Assembly: GCA_965214095.1 (NCBI GenBank)
Contig: OZ243938.1
Location: 1,024,001-1,088,000, forward strand
Direction of reading: 5' to 3'
Length of the DNA stretch: 64,000 nt
Source of the DNA: Candidatus Poribacteria bacterium
Lineage (GTDB): Bacteria > Poribacteria > WGA-4E > WGA-3G
The notes under the pieces were generated by a model. That model saw only the letters and a program-made list of their open reading frames with translations, had not been told where the DNA came from and did not search any database. Shown here one piece after another: positions 1-9,069 of the stretch. The first letter of the stretch is position 1. Every line of letters starts with the position of its first letter. The translations under genes and the position numbers were made by a program.

Positions 1-237
1 ACAGTCCTGATTGCGAATAAATCAATTCCAGAAGAAACCATTTATGCTATACTGAAACATGTTTATTCATCAGAAGGGGAAAAAACCATGCTTCAAACAA
101 ATCAAGCTGCTTCAGTAATGACTATAGAAAACGCATCAAAAGCATTTGTTATTCCTCTGCACAAAGGAGCGTATAAGTTTTGGGACGAGAAAGAGGTAGA
201 AATCCCAGAACGTGCTATGCCAGTGGATTTAAATTGA
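1..237 (+). CDS. TAXI-family TRAP transporter solute-binding protein, C-terminal part (5'-truncated by window)
   Basis: Frame 1 reads TVLIANKSIPEETIYAILKHVYS...IPLHKGAYKFWDEKEVEIP..., TGA at 235-237; the IPLHxGAxxFW ending is typical of TAXI proteins. Confidence 0.75.
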   Translation, partial: TVLIANKSIPEETIYAILKHVYSSEGEKTMLQTNQAASVMTIENASKAFVIPLHKGAYKFWDEKEVEIPERAMPVDLN

Positions 238-253
238 TTTGATTCTTAATGTA

Positions 254-282
254 TTGCAGAGATTATGAAATTATGATACAAT
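254..282 (+). promoter_or_regulatory. sigma70-type promoter of the thiamine operon
   Basis: TTGCAG-17 bp-TACAAT with extended -10 TG, just upstream of the riboswitch. Confidence 0.55.
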
Positions 283-294
283 AGTATTGAAATG

Positions 295-378
295 ACATTA
301 TGGGGTGCTCTTATATGTATAGGAGCTGAGAAAACACCCATTGAACCTGATCTGGGTCATGCCAGCGTAGGGAAATAC
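295..378 (+). ncRNA. TPP riboswitch
   Basis: GGGGTGC...GCTGAGAAAACACCCATTGAACCTGATCTGGGTCATGCCAGCGTAGGGAA matches the THI-box consensus; lies upstream of thiamine genes. Confidence 0.95.
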
Positions 379-508
379 AAAATGAATTGTGCCTCAACCT
401 TTGAGGAACTGAGCCGCTTCTTTTTGGTACTGTTAAGGCAGTTAATATAACTACCGGCATGTTCTATACCGAAAACGGAAGACGGCTTTTTGCTGTTAAA
501 AAAATTAG

Positions 509-1279
509 ATGCGTTCTTTCAGTAATTATGTGTTACCAGTACTGATATTGTTGGCTGTGTTGGGAACTTGGGAAGTGTATGTGTATATTAAAGAGATACC
601 ACACTTTATTCTTCCGCCACCATCAAAAATAGTAGTAACCCTATTTGAAGAACACGATCGATTATTGAAGCATTCTTGGGTGACATTACAAGAAATGTTG
701 CTCGGATTTGCACTTGCGGTTAGTGTAGGTGTGCCGTTAGCAGTGTTGATGTTTGAATTTCCGATTTTGGAGAAAGCATTTTATCCTTATGTGATTGGTT
801 CCCAAACGGTTCCTGTGTTTGCGATTGCCCCATTGTTAGTGGTTTGGTTTGGGTTTGGGATTGCCTCAAAAGTTATGATGGCAGCAATTATTGTGTTTTT
901 TTCTATTGTCCTAACTACATTAGATGGTTTGAAATCTACCGATCCGGATACGGTGGACCTCTTTAAGATACTACGTGCGTCACGATGGCAGATACTTTGG
1001 AAAGTGCGTATACCTACTGCACTACCGTTCATCTTTTCTGGCGCGAAAATTGGTATCTCAATATCCACAATTGGTGCTGTGATTGGTGAATGGGTAGGGG
1101 CAAGTGCAGGACTTGGTTATTTGATGTTATATGCAAATTCAACACTTGAAGTAGATCTTGTTTTTGCTGCAATTTTCAGTCTAACATTCTTGGGATTAGG
1201 TTTATTTGCAATTATGTCTTTATTGGAATTTTGGGCAATGCCGTGGCGGAAACATCAGAAAAATATTCAAACTAACTGA
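509..1279 (+). CDS. thiX: ABC transporter permease, ThiX/SsuC type (HMP/thiamine precursor uptake)
   Basis: Multi-TM protein, ILPPPS and GAVIGEWVG...GLG motifs; first gene after the TPP riboswitch. Confidence 0.8.
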   Translation: MRSFSNYVLPVLILLAVLGTWEVYVYIKEIPHFILPPPSKIVVTLFEEHDRLLKHSWVTLQEMLLGFALAVSVGVPLAVLMFEFPILEKAFYPYVIGSQTVPVFAIAPLLVVWFGFGIASKVMMAAIIVFFSIVLTTLDGLKSTDPDTVDLFKILRASRWQILWKVRIPTALPFIFSGAKIGISISTIGAVIGEWVGASAGLGYLMLYANSTLEVDLVFAAIFSLTFLGLGLFAIMSLLEFWAMPWRKHQKNIQTN

Positions 1280-1323
1280 GAAATGTAGATTATTGATAAT
1301 TATTTATACGAAAGGAAATTCTT

Positions 1324-2331
1324 ATGAAAATGTTAATACGATTAGTCTTATTCATCACATGTGGCATATTGGTAACTGGACATATCAACGGACATTCAGA
1401 TGGACATCTAAAAACAGAAACCGAGAATGTTACGTTACTGCTGGATTGGTTTCCAAATATTGACCATGTGCCGCTTTATGTTGCGAAAGAAAGCAAAATA
1501 TTTGAAAAACACGGTTTATCCGTAGATTTACAATGGGGTGGCGACCCTGATGCCCCGTTGAAACTTGTCGCAGCTGGAAAAGCACCTTTTGCTGTGAATT
1601 ACCAACACAGTGTTACTATAGCGCGTGCAAGTGAAGAGGTACTACCTGTCAAATCAATTGGGTTACTTGTTGAACATCCGCTGAACACAATCACATATCT
1701 GAAGAAATCTGGTATTAAGACTCCATCAGATTTCAAAGGTAAGACGATTGGATATACAGTAGCCCCATTAGATGTGCTTCTGTTTAATGCTATCGGTGCG
1801 AATGCAGGTTTATCAAAAGACGATTACAAACTAATTAATATTGGAACGAACATAATCGCTCCCCTAATAAGCGGACAGATTGATGCTGTAATCGGACCAT
1901 TTCGGAACTATGAAATAAACATGCTGAAACTTAAGGGAGCAGAGGCGGCATTTTTCGCACTTGAGAAACACGGTATACCCCATTATTATGAATTGGTAAT
2001 TATTACCAATGATGATTATTTGGAAAATCATCAGAAAACCGCTGAATCTTTGATGATGGCGATTAGAGAAGCCATAAAATATACGAAGAAGAATCCTGAA
2101 TCTGCATTGGAATTCTTTTTTAAGGCAAATCCCGATGCAAATAAAGAATTAGAAACACTTGCTTTTAAGGACACAGTGGACTTATTTGCAACAACTCAGA
2201 TTCAGGAAAAAGAGAAATGGGATGCATTTTCAAAATTCGCGTTTGATAATGGATTAGTCAAAAAAATTGTTAAAGCAGAAGATCTATTTATTAATCTATT
2301 AGAAGAAGAAACGGAATCATCGGAAGATTAA
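1324..2331 (+). CDS. thiY: ABC substrate-binding protein, ThiY/NMT1 family
   Basis: LLLDWFPNIDH motif, signal peptide, operon context. Confidence 0.8.
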   Translation: MKMLIRLVLFITCGILVTGHINGHSDGHLKTETENVTLLLDWFPNIDHVPLYVAKESKIFEKHGLSVDLQWGGDPDAPLKLVAAGKAPFAVNYQHSVTIARASEEVLPVKSIGLLVEHPLNTITYLKKSGIKTPSDFKGKTIGYTVAPLDVLLFNAIGANAGLSKDDYKLINIGTNIIAPLISGQIDAVIGPFRNYEINMLKLKGAEAAFFALEKHGIPHYYELVIITNDDYLENHQKTAESLMMAIREAIKYTKKNPESALEFFFKANPDANKELETLAFKDTVDLFATTQIQEKEKWDAFSKFAFDNGLVKKIVKAEDLFINLLEEETESSED

Positions 2332-3479
2332 TGTCAAACGAGAGCATTGTTATCATCGGGGGAGGCGTTATAGGTCTCGGTATTGGATGGCAGCTTGCGA
2401 AGTCTGGTGCTGCGGTCACCATATATGATCGTGGTGAAGCCGGACGCGCTGCATCATGGGCAGCAGCAGGTATGCTTGCCCCTTATGCTGAAGTTCATAC
2501 TGAAGAACCAGAACTGCTTCAATTAGGTATAGAGAGTTTATCACTTTATCCAAAATGGGTTGATGAATTAGAGGCAGATTCCCACATGTCAATCGGTTAT
2601 CGTGTGGAAGGTACTCTCATTGTGGGATTAGATCCTGATGATACACACCAACTCCGACATTTATACGATGCACAACAGCAATTTGGACTGGATGTAAAAT
2701 GGTTGAATGGGAGAGATGCATGTGAAATAGAACCTGCACTATCTCCACGGGTTAGTTCTGCAATCCACTGTGAAACTGACCATCAGGTGGATAATAGATT
2801 GATGATTTGTGCACTCAAGCATGCTTTTCAAAAGTATGGTGGGAAGTTGCATGAAAATAGAACCGTCAATAAGATAGTTGTAGAAAATGGGAGAGTGACT
2901 GCCGTACAAACTGATGAAGGTATCAAACAGTGTGATATTGTTATTCTTGCAGCGGGTTGTTGGTCTAGGCAGATAGATGGAATTCCTGACGATCTGCTTC
3001 CACCAGTCCGTCCGGTGAAAGGCCAGATGTTAGCATTAGAGATGGATGAAGGAATAGAGATCAGTACGGTCATTCGCACCGTCCGAGCAAGGTATCCAAC
3101 TAATGTTTATCTTGTTCCGCGATCTGATGGGAGACTCATCGTTGGTGCGACAACTGAAGAGATGGGATATGATGAGCGATTAACTGTTGGAGGTATGTTC
3201 GAATTGCTTCGGGGTGCATGGGAAGTTGTTCCGGGAATTTACGAGTTACCAATTCTGGAATCATGGACAGGTTTACGTCCCGGGAGTAGGGACAACGCCC
3301 CGATACTTGGTAAAACACCAATTGATAATCTAATTTATGCAACTGGACATTATCGCAACGGTATTTTGTTAACACCCGTTACCGTTTATGAAATTAGTAA
3401 ACTTATATTGACGGGTGAGACATCCGCCACAATTTCCCCTTTTCAGTTATCAAGGTTTTTGACATCAGAGGAGTCGTGA
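2331..3479 (+). CDS. thiO: Glycine oxidase
   Basis: GGGVIG FAD motif, ASWAAAGML, PVKGQM, GHYRNGILL. Confidence 0.92.
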   Translation: MSNESIVIIGGGVIGLGIGWQLAKSGAAVTIYDRGEAGRAASWAAAGMLAPYAEVHTEEPELLQLGIESLSLYPKWVDELEADSHMSIGYRVEGTLIVGLDPDDTHQLRHLYDAQQQFGLDVKWLNGRDACEIEPALSPRVSSAIHCETDHQVDNRLMICALKHAFQKYGGKLHENRTVNKIVVENGRVTAVQTDEGIKQCDIVILAAGCWSRQIDGIPDDLLPPVRPVKGQMLALEMDEGIEISTVIRTVRARYPTNVYLVPRSDGRLIVGATTEEMGYDERLTVGGMFELLRGAWEVVPGIYELPILESWTGLRPGSRDNAPILGKTPIDNLIYATGHYRNGILLTPVTVYEISKLILTGETSATISPFQLSRFLTSEES

Positions 3480-3482
3480 AAA

Positions 3483-3689
3483 ATGCATATACGTATTAAT
3501 GGAAAAGACAGAGAAATACGTGAAATAATGAATGTATGGGATCTGTTGAATTCCTTAGAGATAGATCCGCATCAATCTGGAATTGCAGTTGCTGTGGAGA
3601 AAGAGGTAATTCCGAAATCGAAGTGGAAGGCGTATGAAGTAACGGAAGACAGTGAAATAGAGATTATTCGTGCTGTTCAGGGTGGATGA
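3483..3689 (+). CDS. thiS: Sulfur carrier protein ThiS
   Basis: 68 aa ubiquitin-like fold ending AVQGG. Confidence 0.93.
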   Translation: MHIRINGKDREIREIMNVWDLLNSLEIDPHQSGIAVAVEKEVIPKSKWKAYEVTEDSEIEIIRAVQGG

Positions 3690-3866
3690 TTTGGGGTTAG
3701 AATTTGAGGACGGATTCAAGGATATCTTGAAAAAGAATATATGCGGTGTTATACTAATTGAAAACCATTGCCTTATACTATTGATCTGTCTATTTACGAT
3801 AATCTCAACAATCAAGATATAATCAATCAAATTGATCTTGAAGGTGTAACGTTTTACAAAAGATAA
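3690..3866 (+). pseudogene. Remnant of a minimal nucleotidyltransferase (MNT) antitoxin
   Basis: 3765-3866 reads PLPYTIDLSIYDNLNNQDIINQIDLEGVTFYKR*, resembling MNT C-termini; upstream part is out of frame and has no GSxA motif. Confidence 0.55.
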
Positions 3867-3884
3867 ATCGGATTTGAAAAAATA

Positions 3885-4655
3885 ATGGAAAAACTTAAAA
3901 TAGCAGAAAACACATATACATCAAGGTTACTGATTGGAACGGCAGGATATCCAAATTTCCATATCATGACGAAAGCAATTGCAGCGAGTGGTGCTGAAAT
4001 TGCGACTGTTTCAATGCGGCGTGTAAAATTTACTGATACGTCTGAGGAAAATCTGTTTACGCTCCTACGCGAACGCAATATTACTATCCTGCCGAATACT
4101 GCGGGTTGTTTTACGGCAAAGGATGCTATTTTGACTGCACAACTTGCGCGTGAAGCACTTGAAACATCGTTGATTAAACTTGAGGTAATTGGCGATGAAC
4201 AGACTTTGTTTCCGGATGTTGAACAGTTGTTAATTGCTGCGGAGACACTCATTGAAGATGGGTTCACTGTGTTGCCCTATTGTAATGACGATCCGATAAC
4301 CTGTAAAAAGTTGCAAGATGTAGGATGTGCTGCTGTGATGCCGTTAGGTGCACCGATTGGTTCTGGTATGGGAATTCGGAATCCATATAACTTGCAGATT
4401 ATCCGAGATAGTGTTCAAGTGCCGCTTATTGTTGATGCTGGTGTTGGTACTGCATCCGATGCTGCGATTGCGATGGAATTAGGTTGCGATGGTGTTCTAC
4501 TCAATACTGCTGTTGCAAAAGCACATCGTCCGGTGATGATGGCAGAAGCGATGAAAAAAGCCGTTGAGGCAGGTAGATCTGCTTTCTTAGCAGGTCGTAT
4601 TCCTAAGAAACTCTATGCTACTGCATCAAGTCCTATAGATGGGATTATTGAGTAA
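3885..4655 (+). CDS. thiG: Thiazole synthase
   Basis: [31 protein letters not shown] motifs. Confidence 0.97.
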   Translation: MEKLKIAENTYTSRLLIGTAGYPNFHIMTKAIAASGAEIATVSMRRVKFTDTSEENLFTLLRERNITILPNTAGCFTAKDAILTAQLAREALETSLIKLEVIGDEQTLFPDVEQLLIAAETLIEDGFTVLPYCNDDPITCKKLQDVGCAAVMPLGAPIGSGMGIRNPYNLQIIRDSVQVPLIVDAGVGTASDAAIAMELGCDGVLLNTAVAKAHRPVMMAEAMKKAVEAGRSAFLAGRIPKKLYATASSPIDGIIE

Positions 4656-4715
4656 TGTAAATCACTATGTATTCTAAATATCAATCAATATTTGTGTGAG
4701 TAATTTTGGGGAAAT

Positions 4716-5951
4716 GTGTGTAATATGCCTTATTGTATTCGCATAATAGTGTTCATTAGTTTTCTACTTTTCATTAGCCATTTGCAACCTGTTTTTGCAC
4801 AGTTACAGGATGAATTCGGACCGGAATTACTACAGTTAGAACCACTTCCGCCAGAGACGACAGAACCAGCAAAACTGACAATAGATGCACGACTATCCAA
4901 TACCTATAACAATCACATTGAACTTGGACTAAGTGTTGATCCTTATACGAGCAGCCTTGCTGGTCAGGAAAGTCCAGAACTGCAAGGTTATATTAACCGA
5001 TTCGGTTTGGCCCTGATCGGCGATTTACCTGTTACTGGGGATAATCTCCGACTGAAAGTGCAGTATTCACCACAATTTGAAAATTACTCTGGTGAATCTG
5101 GAAAACTCAATGAGTTTGATTCTTTCACAGATGTGTCAACGACAGAACTGAGTTATCGTCCGTTTTCCAAACTACCAGAATTAGTGGCATCACATCAATT
5201 TCAACGTTTAACACGAACACTTGATGTCTATGACAATACCGAAAGGAATATTGGTTTTCGCATTGGACGTATATTTGAATATAATATGCGAATTCACAAT
5301 TTTGACGATACAACACAGTTGAGAGAGGATTTTCTATTGATCGGTTCTACCAGTCACAAGACAACTACTCGTCTGCAATTTGGTTTACTAAAGCAGATGT
5401 TAGCTAAAATGGAATATGCTGTAGAATATGGTCAATATGATACCAATTTGAACAATTTGATATTAGGTGTATCTGGACTGGAACCTGGAGAAAGCAGACT
5501 CGATTTGAGATATTCTGGTGGAATCAAATTGTTAGAAACAGTATCAGACCGTATTGTCTTTCAAGAGGAGGCAAATTTCTTTTCTAACCGTTCTAATGTA
5601 GATTTCTTCAACTTTTTTAGTATGGAAGCTGCTTTAAACGCATTTTACAAATTTGACACGGGACGTTGGCTTCGGTTAAGGTTTGCTCGTGTGTGGGTGC
5701 TATTTGATGGCAGACAGATTCGCGATGAGAATGGTAATATTTTGGATGGTAATATTTTGGAAGGTGCAGAAGAGCGGAGAGATACACAATATGGATTTAC
5801 TGCTGCGTTCAATTGGAGATTTTCTGGCAATCTATCGTTGAGTGCTGATTACCAATTCACACAGAACCGAACAAATGAATTAGATCCTATCCTTGATTTT
5901 CTTAACTATAATCATAGTATTGTTAGTGTTACATTGCGGGAAGTTTATTAG
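4716..5951 (+). CDS. Putative outer-membrane beta-barrel protein
   Basis: Signal peptide (VFAQ), alternating aromatic beta-strands, C-terminal Tyr; start may be 4725. Confidence 0.55.
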   Translation: MCNMPYCIRIIVFISFLLFISHLQPVFAQLQDEFGPELLQLEPLPPETTEPAKLTIDARLSNTYNNHIELGLSVDPYTSSLAGQESPELQGYINRFGLALIGDLPVTGDNLRLKVQYSPQFENYSGESGKLNEFDSFTDVSTTELSYRPFSKLPELVASHQFQRLTRTLDVYDNTERNIGFRIGRIFEYNMRIHNFDDTTQLREDFLLIGSTSHKTTTRLQFGLLKQMLAKMEYAVEYGQYDTNLNNLILGVSGLEPGESRLDLRYSGGIKLLETVSDRIVFQEEANFFSNRSNVDFFNFFSMEAALNAFYKFDTGRWLRLRFARVWVLFDGRQIRDENGNILDGNILEGAEERRDTQYGFTAAFNWRFSGNLSLSADYQFTQNRTNELDPILDFLNYNHSIVSVTLREVY

Positions 5952-6004
5952 TTGTCAACACATAATTTTAGATCTTCTTCAAATGTAATCAATTCCACAC
6001 ATTC

Positions 6005-6262
6005 TTGTATTGCTTTCATGATCTGCTCATTCTCAGTAGTTCCCCACAGCAGAAGATAATCAACATTGATAGATTGGCAATCAACGAATATGACATTTAT
6101 GGTGCTAACAGTACAAGCATTTATCGATTAGATTCGCATGGTAAATGGGAACAAATAGCATCAAATGTTCCACATAGTGCTATATTTTTAACAGTAAATA
6201 AGGATAATATTTATGTTGCTACTGGGCAGCATGGTATATTTCACACAATGATCAAAGAATAA
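6005..6262 (+). pseudogene. C-terminal fragment of a beta-propeller protein
   Basis: IYRLD...WEQI...IYVATGQHGIFH blade-like ending; no convincing start or RBS. Confidence 0.45.
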
Positions 6263-6343
6263 ACTCAAGGAATTAGAACTATCAAAAACTATGCTATGAA
6301 ATGCCAGTAAATTCCTGATACACAATTAGAATGGAAATATAAT

Positions 6344-6469
6344 ATGAATGAGAAATATAGATATAGAGACGTACACCTTAAGCCTAAAATTGCCAAAGAA
6401 CTTATTCAGATAGTATGCTCAGGTAAAACGGTTAGTAGACGTGAAATTGACAAAACAATCAAATGCTAG
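6344..6469 (+). pseudogene. 41-aa truncated ORF (N-terminal remnant of a larger gene)
   Basis: MNEKYRYRDVHLKPKIAKELIQIVCSGKTVSRREIDKTIKC*. Confidence 0.3.
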
Positions 6470-6500
6470 CAGACAATTTACAAATGAAGGAGATCATATC

Positions 6501-7148
6501 ATGTCTAAGAAGTTGGTTTTCATATTTGTTTCGGGAATTGTGCTATTTATAGGATTCAATGTGTATGTGTTTATCGTCTATCAAAATTTTAAAAAATCTA
6601 TGAGAGACACGGATATAGTCCTTATTAATAAAAGATCTAATAATGTTGTTAGCTCTGATAATCTAAGTGAGGCGGAAAAACAACTGCAACATATCAGAGA
6701 TCGCCCTGAAGAATGGGGAAATATATCTCAAAAGGCATCAAGACTTATTGAAATGTTACTTCCAGTGCCAGAATTTGATAATGAAGATCATTCAGAGAAT
6801 GCAATTCTATTGTTAGATGAACTTGCAGAATTACGTGATCCTCGCAGTGCAGAGGTATTTGTTAAATATTTTTTGTATAGCCATTGGGGTAGAAAACAAG
6901 AAGAAGCACTGATTGATATCGGTGTGCCTGCTATACCGCATTTGGTGGATTATCTCAATTCAAATGATTCGGGGAGAGAAATTGTAGTGTCAAGATTGCT
7001 GGGTATTATTACTTCTCAACACAAGAAAGAGTTGGGAGATATTGTGGATGAGATTATAGTGCCTGGATTGGGTCGTATGGCAAGGTCAAATGCAGATATA
7101 TATATTGAGGATAAAGTGCGTGAGGCGTTGGCATTGATTCAAAAGTAA
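6501..7148 (+). CDS. Membrane-anchored HEAT-repeat-like hypothetical protein
   Basis: AAGGAG RBS before ATG 6501; N-terminal TM; LAELRDPRS and EEALIDIGVPAIPHL HEAT-like helices. Confidence 0.65.
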   Translation: MSKKLVFIFVSGIVLFIGFNVYVFIVYQNFKKSMRDTDIVLINKRSNNVVSSDNLSEAEKQLQHIRDRPEEWGNISQKASRLIEMLLPVPEFDNEDHSENAILLLDELAELRDPRSAEVFVKYFLYSHWGRKQEEALIDIGVPAIPHLVDYLNSNDSGREIVVSRLLGIITSQHKKELGDIVDEIIVPGLGRMARSNADIYIEDKVREALALIQK

Positions 7149-7508
7149 ATTAGATTTGACATTATAGTTATTCGGAATAAGTCGTTTTGGACTTGAGAAG
7201 ATTTATAAATTGACCTTATGATAGTGCTCAAGGTAAAGAAGTCATGGCTTACGGAAAGCGAGAATATAGAACTGAAGTGCCAATGGTAATTCAGACCAAA
7301 AAATCAGCAAAGTTAAGACAAGTTTTTTCGTTAATGTATGATGCTTAAATCTACTAAAAGTTAAAATCAATATGGCATCCCTTTTTCTAAATTATATTAG
7401 ATTTTAGTTTTAGTAGGCAGGGATCCCCCATTGCTTTAAAAGGGATACCCGAAAGTGACAACAACGCCACACAACGTATACGTGTAGCAGACAATAAGGA
7501 AGTATAAG

Positions 7509-8192
7509 ATGATTCGCGACATTTTAACCAACAAATGGATTATCGGTGCTGCATTCCTACTGCTAATATTTGCGGGTGCGTGTTATCTGTATTACCAATA
7601 CACCACCGCGCACTATAAAGCAGCAACAACACAAGACGAGAAACTACTGGAACAGTGGAAAGCCGACAAAGCAAAACCACCAACACTAGCAAAAACAGAG
7701 TCAACACAAGCCCCTGCGGAAAGCATAACGCCAACCGCGGAGAAACCTACGCAGCAAACGGGAAATATCAAAGAAGTCAAAGTATCACCTTATGGTTTAG
7801 GTTCGTTTCCGAAAATACCAAAACATTCGCCTATACCACAAGATTGGTTTGATTATCCACGTAGTAGCAAAAGACAAGAAATCATGGCGCGTGTGATAGT
7901 AAAACTCTGGCAAGATGGAAAGCCCAATTATGGTGGAACAATGTCAAGTTCTACTGGATTGGTTTATCCAACTTTTCCAAATAGAATTATTGTTGAATGG
8001 GCAAGTAAGGATACGCCTTTTGGAACAATAAGGTATGCGACGAGAATAAGTTGGTGTCCTGAAGCAGAAGGATTCCAGCAACAAATGAAGGGTAAGACCA
8101 TCTATGAAGATGACTTTCCTTCTCACTTCAAAATTGTTGAACCTAAAGATGCAGGTATAGACCCGTATGAATATTTAGATTTGCCACGATAA
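7509..8192 (+). CDS. Membrane-anchored hypothetical protein
   Basis: N-terminal TM, Pro/Thr/Glu-rich linker, C-terminal domain ending GIDPYEYLDLP. Confidence 0.7.
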   Translation: MIRDILTNKWIIGAAFLLLIFAGACYLYYQYTTAHYKAATTQDEKLLEQWKADKAKPPTLAKTESTQAPAESITPTAEKPTQQTGNIKEVKVSPYGLGSFPKIPKHSPIPQDWFDYPRSSKRQEIMARVIVKLWQDGKPNYGGTMSSSTGLVYPTFPNRIIVEWASKDTPFGTIRYATRISWCPEAEGFQQQMKGKTIYEDDFPSHFKIVEPKDAGIDPYEYLDLPR

Positions 8193-8205
8193 AGGAGATT
8201 TTATC

Positions 8206-8580
8206 ATGAAAAGATTGTCTGTATTTCTCATTCTCACACTTCTTGTTTGGACCCTGACCATCATTGCCCATGGATATAATAACGATGGCACGTATGAAGA
8301 TTAAGGTCCGCCCTTTAATTCAATAAATCGGTATGCTTATGATAGCGACGACACAGACACAGTGTGGAGTTACGCGTATACTCATGCACACGATGGCTTG
8401 TTTGGTCATACCGTCAGCTCAGGGAGTAATGTCTATTCTATCGAGGATTGGGATCTCTCCGGATCGTATGATGTAAATGCACGGCAAAACCAAGACTGGG
8501 TAAAAGAAGAAAATCGACGTGCAAGCCGACTCGGAAAAAGCCACTTGCTAACCGACATCCTACCAAAACGCGCCAATTAA
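8206..8580 (+). pseudogene. Secreted protein interrupted by an in-frame TAA (8302-8304)
   Basis: AAGGAG RBS, signal peptide MKRLSVFLILTLLVWTLTIIA; ORF 8362-8580 continues in the same frame. Confidence 0.65.
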
Positions 8581-8806
8581 TAATCCATCAGGTCACAGAT
8601 CACACCGTGTACATCAGGGAATATATAGAGATGTACTGTCAGTTGCATTTATTAAAAAACAATCTGGAATTCGGGAGTAACCCATTAACCGTGGAATGGC
8701 GACAGAAGGTAATATAGGTTGCTACCCGGCAATCCATCTTTGATACTTCAATAATTGGACATGATTTTACAAAAATCGAAGTAAATTTGCTAAGTCGTTC
8801 AAAAAA

Positions 8807-8940
8807 TAGGGTGTATAAAGTTTTTGGCATTAACTGCACAATTCATTGTAGGCGGGATCTCCGATTACCGACAGGTCGCGATTCGGAGATAGTTCCTATA
8901 GGATGTCTGTGTTCATTTGCCAAAAACTTTACACACCCTG
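8807..8940. mobile_element. MITE with 22-bp TIRs enclosing a REP-like hairpin pair
   Basis: AGGGTGTATAAAGTTTTTGGCA ... TGCCAAAAACTTTACACACCCT (1 mismatch); core GTAGGCGGGATCTCCGATT...ATTCGGAGATAGTTCCTATA. Confidence 0.75.
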
Positions 8941-9069
8941 CCCTTTGACAATCTTGCAGAAATCAATAATATATGCTAACATTGCAGAGAAGGATAGTGC
9001 GGGACATCTCTTTCATATTAATCCAGTGTTCTGATAGGTAGTTGGTTTATCAAGAAAGGAATTGTATTT

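Noticed and set aside
8302-8304. Programmed readthrough (Sec/Pyl) or an alternative genetic code
   Set aside because: The codon is TAA, which terminates many normal genes in this window
8990-9065. Glutamine riboswitch upstream of glnT
   Set aside because: No glnA-motif consensus recognised
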